Source: Octopus sinensis (Eukaryota). Taken from it: 64,000 nucleotides of DNA. The stretch spans positions 22,382,001-22,446,000 of the forward strand of contig NC_043002.1 in NCBI RefSeq assembly GCF_006345805.1, in the 5' to 3' direction. Below, in pieces: positions 56,259 to 64,000 of this stretch (positions are counted from its first letter, which is position 1; the number at the start of each line of letters is the position of its first letter). The notes beneath the pieces were generated by a model. The model was not told the DNA's origin, ran no database searches, and saw only the letters and a list, made by a program, of their open reading frames with translations. The position numbers were made by a program, and so were the translations under genes.

Positions 56259-56818
56259 TTTCTTTACTGCCCACAAAGGGCTACACACAGAGGGGACAAA
56301 CAAGGACAGACAAACGGATTAAGTCGATTAAACCGACCCCAATGTGTAACAGGTACTTATTTAATCGACTCCCTAAAGGATGAAAGGTAAAGTTGACCTC
56401 GGCGGAATTTGAACTCAGAACGTAACGGCAGACGAAATACCTATTTCTTTAATCCCCACAAGGGGCTAAACACAGAGAGGACAAACAAGGACAGACAGAC
56501 GGATTAAGTCGATTATATCGACCCCAGTGCGTAACTGGTACTTATTTAATCGACTCCCTAAAGGATGAAAGGTAAAGTTGACCTCGGCGGAATTTGAACT
56601 CAGAACGTAACGGCAGACGAAATACCTATTTCTTTAATCCCCACAAGGGGCTAAACACAGAGAGGACAAACAAGGACAGACAGACGGATTAAGGATGAAA
56701 GGCAAAGTCGACCTCGGCGGAATTTGAACTCAGAATGTAACGGCAGACGAAATACGGCTACGCATATCGCCCGGCGTGCTAACGTTTCTGCCAGCTCGCA
56801 GTCTAGCGCGCCGCCTAG
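56259..56818 (-). mobile_element. SINE family C as a head plus tandem 185-bp units, with 17-bp TSD
   Basis: TSD CAACAAGCATATTCTTA at 56242-58 and 56819-35; period 185. Contains GCCTTTCATCCTTT.GGGGTCGAT, which from memory resembles the Meta-type SINE domain. Confidence 0.85.
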
Positions 56819-57399
56819 CAACAAGCATATTCTTACACAGTAACGCCTTCAATCTGGACAAAAAAAAGTCGTTGAAAACCCTCTTCTTCTGTAAAAGTTA
56901 TACAGAATTCATACAGATTTTCTAAGAAAATCAAAATTTGATATTATTAGGGGTGGGGACATGCTCCAAACGTAAACAAGGTAAGAAAATCTCTAAAGAT
57001 AGATTAAATTTAAGATCTTACAGAATTGAAGATCATATAGAGTATAAAGATGTTACCAATTTAATATTTTACAGAGAGTTAAGATCTTACAGAAAGCAAA
57101 AACATGCAATCTGCTTTTATTACATCTGTAATGACATTTTTTTTTAGTTTGTATTAAAGCAAAATAAAACGCAATAAAAAGTAAAACAGAAGTAAAATAT
57201 ACGATAATTATGCAAGGAGTTGAGTATTTCTGATAAATAACAACTATGCTTGGTGTTAAATAAATATACAATAAAACCCTTGAAGGATCTGTGCGTGGCA
57301 CCTGGTTTATATTTACAACAAAAATAAATATTCCTTTCAAACATCAAAACGTTTGGTAGGTATTCCGTTTATTAATCGGTCATACACAGATACATAAGC

Positions 57400-57436
<37 letters not shown>

Positions 57437-57469
57437 ATATATAATATATATATCTATATATATATATGT

Positions 57470-57559
<90 letters not shown>

Positions 57560-57560
57560 C

Positions 57561-57623
<63 letters not shown>

Positions 57624-57707
57624 ATATAATATATATTATATATATATATATATATAATATATATATATATATTATATATATATATATATATACATATGTA
57701 TACATAC

Positions 57708-58040
57708 AGGCGTGGCTGTGCGGCTAGAAGTTTGTTTCCCAACCACAAGGTTCGAGGTTCAGTCTTACTGCGAGGCATCTTGGGCAAGTGATTTCCGCTA
57801 AAGCCTCGGGAATGGATTTGGTAGACGGATCTTGAAAGAAGCCCATAGCATATGTGCGTGTGTGTGTGTTTGTACGTGTGTTTGTCCCACCACTTCCGCT
57901 TGACAACCGATATTTGTACGTTTAGGTCCCTGTAGGTTAAGGGTTCAGGAAATAGAGACCGATAGAACAAGTACCAGACTTGAAACAGGTGCCCTGGCAT
58001 GGCCGCTGTCTAATGACTGAAAAAAGTAAAAAGAAAGATA
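57708..58040 (+). mobile_element. SINE family A, old diverged copy
   Basis: GGCGTGGCTGTGCGG head; GGATTTGGTAGACGG; GCATGGCCGC tail. Confidence 0.7.
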
Positions 58041-58474
58041 TAATTCATACATACTGTATACACACATACACACACACACATACGTATAAACATATAAACA
58101 TTAACATTTACATGCCTACACACACACACACACACACTCATATGTGAATATATACGTAAACATATATAGAGATTTCCATGTAGACTTTTCCATGGCTATA
58201 TGCACACATACATTCCTAATAATACGTGCACGTGATGGTAGATGCATTGTGCATCGTACGTGTTACGTAACCGGAATCCGGAACCGATGAACCGAGATGA
58301 ATGTTGAACTGTAAGTACGTTGAGTCTATGTGAAATAGTGTCCCTTTGTTCAGAAAGACAATGCAACAGTCACTGCCAGTTTCATTCCTTTATCTCTGAG
58401 AGTTTGTTCTAGTTCAAACTTACACGAGAAAATGTGAGAAGGGAGAGAGAGATAGAGAGAGAGAGGAGAAAGAA

Positions 58475-58511
<37 letters not shown>

Positions 58512-58782
58512 CAGAGATCATGCCTCATTTTTTTCATTTTCACTTTACCCAGCCTGTTGAAATGCTTTCTTTCGTTGGAATACTGCTTCGTCTAATCTTT
58601 ATTTTTATCTATTTATTACTAGACCAGCTTGTCGTCGCTAGGGGCTATAACTACAGAATTGTTTTAATGAAAATTAGTGATGTATTCAAATATTGATTCA
58701 TACGTGTGTGTGGATAATTATATATATATATATGCACACACACACACACAAACATACAAAACACACATACACATACATATAT

Positions 58783-58821
<39 letters not shown>

Positions 58822-59669
58822 GTGTGTGTTGTGTGTGTGTGTATATATGTGTAGGCATATGTATCTATCTAATATATATATTATGTATGTGGATATATAT
58901 ATATATATTATCTATATAGATATAGGTATGTATATATATATATGTATATTATATATGCAACATATGTACACACACATATATATGTATATTTGCATGTACA
59001 AATATGTATACATATACATGTAAGCATGTACATATATATATAAGTATGCGAGTTTGTGTATAGACATATATATATGTATATATGTATATATAGACTTAGA
59101 ACAACGCTAGCTGTAATCTTTCGTCTGAAACTAGTATTAGCTTTTATTACATTTTTTTCTTACGAGACATTTGTAAGCCAAATCTACGCTCAGAATATCG
59201 CTGGAGGTTGTCAGAATGGATGATTCTCTGTCGGTTTTGAAGATGAAGGTTCAATAATTTGATTAATCCCGTTACTCGTCCCCGAATTAACATACATGTG
59301 AGTGAGCATTGCAGAGACACGTGTACCCTTAACATAAATATCAGAGAGAATCCGTGACAAGGTTATCTCTTTTATATTACATGTGCAGTCCATCCGACTG
59401 GTTTCTACTCAGTTACGTTTATTCATTTTCACGCCTGTTGCATGAGTTAATTCCGTTTTGATTGAAACAAGGACCTCGGAGTTGCGAAACAAATCACTTG
59501 AACAATCAACTGTATGGCGCTGATACATATACATAGAGCCCCCCACCACACCCACACATACACACACATAAAACACACATACACTATACATACACACACA
59601 TATATATATATGTGTGTATATATATGTGTATGCATATATATATATATATATAATATATATATATATATA

Positions 59670-61635
59670 CTAGCAGAAATACCCAGCATTGCCCGGGTTA
59701 AAGAGAATAATGAAATTTAAAAACGCCTTCTAGATTACGCAGGTTTCAATTGCTAGTAGCTGAGATACCAACTTTCTATATTAATAACTCTCTAGCCCAT
59801 GCCAGCATGCAACATAGACGTTAAGTGAAATGTTACAAGAAAGTTTTCAACTCATATATTTATATAAACTAAATACACGTAATTAATAAAAAAGACGTTT
59901 TATTTAGCTTATTTCGTAACCAAAAAACAGGTACAGATTATAAACAATGGAAGGGCGATTTTTGGTGATTTATTTGGCGGAGGTAATAGAGTGCCAATGC
60001 AATGATAAATCTGACCTTGGATCACGAAAGTTTGCATGAATCCTCGATTAAATCTCTTGTGGCTCCATATGATGTTATCTGTAGTGCAGCGTTGTATTGT
60101 CTAATTTTGTTTTAGAAATGCTTTGAATCTTGGTCAGTTGACGACAACAGTTTCTTCAATGGCTCAGGAGGTTGGAGGATTGCAGGGAGTTTAACCTTTC
60201 CACCACTGCAGCACATTGCAGGTGTCTCTCCAGTCCAATTCCTTGCTTTACAGTGTATGCACACATTTGTCACTGCACCAATGGAAAATCTAGTGTTATC
60301 TGCATAATGAACTGCCGGATCGTATTTGAAAGCTGCTTCATAGAAGTTAGTTCTCTGAACTGTTATAACTGCTCTTCGTTCGGCCGTGGAGATCCTATTC
60401 CTTGTCATCCGTGTATACTTCTGTTCATCACTTTGAGATGCTCTCGCTTTTGTAGTGCATAATCTGTTCATTTCTTTGTACGCTTCTCTTTCTGCAGCTG
60501 CTCTCTTTCTCTCGACATTCGTTTAGCTGACCTTAGCATTGTAGACAAATTTGATACTTTGCTTCTAGGCATGGTTATATACGTAAACAGAAATGCACGA
60601 GCGCAGAAGAAAGTAAATAATGAAATAACTGGGTAATGGAAATTATATTTCTTTATACGACGAGCAGAAAGTAAAAATAGTAAACTTTTACGGAAAATAA
60701 ATAATTGTACAGGTTGAAGTGAAATTTGTCACTTAGTGAACCCAAAGTACCAGTGTCGAAGGAACCAGAAAAAAAACCGTTAACAACAACAAAAAAAAAA
60801 CACAAAACCGTTGCAAATGTAAATAAGAGACATTTAGGGAAATTAACTAAGAGTACAGATATAAGGGAAATTTTTGAAATTACTTCTGTTAGTAAATTAT
60901 GAACTTACTTTTATCAGTAATTCCGTCAACAACAAAAAATAAATACGAAACGTTGCAAAAGTAAATAAGAAATTTGTAGGCAAATTTAACGAAGCGAACG
61001 GGTATTACTTTCATCAGTAATTGTGAACTTCTCTCTGTGAGTAATTTGTCGTTGATGTTTGTAAATAGCGATTGAAAACTTACAGTGAAAGCAATAGCAA
61101 TTGAACTTAAAGTGAAAACAATATCGTCTGAAAAATGAAAGTGAAAACAATAGAAAGTGAGTGAGATATAGAGAGGGGGGTATGCAGAAAGCTAGCTAGT
61201 TAGACAAATAAGATATAGATAGATAAGATGTAGAAAGAGAGATACAAGGAGATATATATATAGATATAAAGAGGAATATAGATATATAGATAAAGAGATA
61301 TAGACGTCACTGGCGTTAGAAAACCAGAAGTAAATATTTTTTAAAAACTTTCAAAGTGAATGTAATATAAAAAGCAACATTTTAAACTTTTTTATGACCA
61401 GTGCATGTATGGGAGATAATCAATTTTTGAAAGTTACTTCGCAAAAAGTTACTTCTCTACTCCACGTAACCCAGGAATGGGTGCTTTCTGCCCCCAGAGC
61501 GCCCATTACTCATTATGTAAAAAAATTAAGAATCTAAAATCATCCCTGGAACATAGTTAATGTATATTCCTAGTTTGGAGAAAATCAGTTGAAAAATATG
61601 GCCGTTATAATCTTTTATACACACACAGACAGAAC
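59670..61635 (-). mobile_element. Internally deleted Helitron (5' boundary uncertain)
   Basis: 3' CTAG|T at 59670-73 with an imperfect GC-rich subterminal hairpin at 59681-59698. Contains the RepHel N-terminal relic on the same strand. Confidence 0.75.
59940..60572 (-). pseudogene. Helitron RepHel N-terminal fragment
   Basis: MPRSKVSNLS..., CIHCKARNWTGETPAMCCSGGKVKLP (Zn-binding motif), HF*NKIRQYNAALQITSYGA, GFMQTFVIQGQIYHCIGTLLP; stops and frameshifts. Confidence 0.85.
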
Positions 61636-61864
61636 GTTCAATGTGTCAGTGTGTCACACTTTGACCTCGTCTTTTACTATTCAATGACACTCCTACAATT
61701 CCTCATGATTGGAATAGTAGGTGAGGGTGGTGAAGGAGACAGATAGAGAGAGAGAGAGAGAGAGAGAAAGAAAGAAAAAGAAAAGGAGAGAAAGACAAAG
61801 AAATTTAGGGAGCATTGATGATGCTTTATTAAAGGTAATTGTGTTGATGGTGGTAGGGAGACTA

Positions 61865-61903
<39 letters not shown>

Positions 61904-62904
61904 TGGGTGTGTGAGAGAAAGAGTGACTAAACACTAAAGTAACATGCTGAATAATATACTGAATGAACACACAAATTTAACCCTTTTGTGATAGTAATAA
62001 TATGAGCTGTAGTTGTGACAGAGGGGTGGTGATGGTGGAGGTGGTGGTGGTGGCGGTCAGAGATGACGGTGAGAGTAGGCGATGTGAAAGACAGTGGTGA
62101 TGGTGGTGGAGGTGTCATTATTGGGTCTAAGGCTCAATGAAGATTCTTCCACAGGAGCTAGCTTAAAAGCCGTGCCAATAGAACATTCATACTCACGAGA
62201 GATATCAATGTTAGTGGCCGCAAGTTAAAACCGTATAGGCAAAATTAATAGATATATATAACATAATTATATATAATACGGGCACTTTTTAAAAAAAACA
62301 CCAGCTTTGCTAAAAATAGGAGTTAAAACATTTCGTAGCTACAAAAATTAACACTATATTTTCATAGGCATGGCTAGAAAAAAAAACTAAGTGAAATAAG
62401 GATTACGTTTTGCCTCTGCAAAATTTCAAGGAGGAATGTCAGTTACCTTGATATCATGATTTCGTGCGAGAAAAGTTTTGAATATGCAAATAAAGCTCTT
62501 ATTCCATTATACCGGTCACAGTTTAATGATGCTGACTGGTGAACCAGTTTTGGTGGGTTGCACCGAGCTGTACCAATCTAATGTAGGATAAATATAGTAA
62601 CAATAACAATAATCCTTGGATGGAATTTATAAATATTTCAATGCATCACTACAAGCGTTTCCACAAATCACATGTCTATTAAGATAACAGTCCCTGTTCC
62701 TAAGATGATTGCAGCGTAGTGCGAGGTATCCGTGGGCATCTGGTAGATCATCTTCATGGATTCATTTCTTCAGGCGCTATAACATTAGTGGATGTTTAAC
62801 TGAGGCTTGTTTATCACTTTAGACCTGAGAATGTTGATGAGGTATTATACACATACATACATACGCACATACATACATACATACATACATACATACATAC
62901 ATAA

Positions 62905-62935
<31 letters not shown>

Positions 62936-62960
62936 GTACATATATACAGATATAAACGAT

Positions 62961-63043
<83 letters not shown>

Positions 63044-64000
63044 GCAATATGAGAGGAAGAGTAAGTCCATATATGTACATGTGTGTGAGTGTGTGTGTGC
63101 AAATATAATGACTATATATGAGAATACATATAAAGAATGTATATAAGATTAAAAGTTCTCCATGATTTTTTGCGCCTGGTTGGTCACTTATTAGAAGAGA
63201 AGCTCTTCTCACCATCCTGCATGCGAAGAGAACTTGATAGTAATCGTTATTTATATTAGACACAAACCAGGACCTAGGCAGAACATGATGTGATCCAGTA
63301 ACCAAATAAAAAGCTTCCTCATTAACACGAGTAGCTCTAATTCAATATGTGTATACATCTGTGTTAGCCTCCACATCTATGTATACTTGTTTGAATCTAT
63401 GTATAGTACGAATGAATGTGTGTGTTTCTGCACACTTCAGTTCTTTTCTGTACCAGTTCGCAGTTAGTTGTGTGCGCGTATGTGTATGTGTGAGATTATT
63501 TACGATATAAAATTTATTATACTCTCTGTGGGTGACTGATTTTGTAGCGGTTTGTGTGTATAAGTGGCGAACAATCTATGTGTACCACAACAATAACAAC
63601 AAAAAAGCAATAGTAATATCCATCACCAGCGTAGGGCTAATGCCCCTCATTCCAAAAGTTCCTTTCTGGTTGTATTTTCAAGAGGTCCACAATCCAAAAC
63701 AGGCTTGCAAGGCATGTCGTGACTTCTCCATGTCACTCACTTTTGCTTGCTGAGTGAACTAGAGAAGAGGTCGGGGTACTTTTTTAACCAATTACCCAAA
63801 ATATATTTATTTACGCCAAAGTTAGCCACCTTGATTCGAAAGGAAGAAAATCATAGATAACAAGAAACACGTATTTTATATAATTTTGCTTATGTCTAAT
63901 GAATCCTCATTACCATCAAGGATTTCATTTTTACTACACCCGGGGTAATTTGCCCCGGTTCACCGACCTCTGAATTAGAGCAACGAGAAATGAAGTGTTT

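Noticed and set aside
56259-56818. Possible CRISPR-like or retrozyme array
   Set aside because: Units are SINE bodies with no unique spacers, and I found no HHR core in the 185-bp unit.

Overview
Eukaryotic, AT-rich, microsatellite-saturated non-coding DNA. It is most likely from an octopus genome: the three recurring tRNA-headed SINE families resemble octopus SINEs as I remember them, but I could not verify this by search. I found no convincing host protein-coding exon, and nearly all ORF-track entries are translated microsatellites. The window holds more than 30 SINE copies or fragments, one full-length but dead mariner plus mariner MITEs and fragments, two Helitron derivatives, a decayed RTE LINE, a decayed Penelope-like (PLE) reverse transcriptase and a 100-N gap. 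The most interesting signal is a set of short islands inserted in (TA)n tracts that carry hammerhead ribozyme (HHR) motifs and often fold back on themselves. One HHR looks structurally intact (10535-10607) and sits inside a 512-bp element with 120-bp inverted arms. A diverged relative with the same architecture lies at 44824-45157. There is also a perfect 138-bp palindrome carrying an HHR-like motif on both strands (53383-53520) and five minimal, probably dimer-type HHR motifs in one dispersed family. The association of PLEs with HHRs is known in general; these particular non-autonomous fold-back families may be undescribed. Boundaries of decayed repeats are approximate, to within tens of bp.
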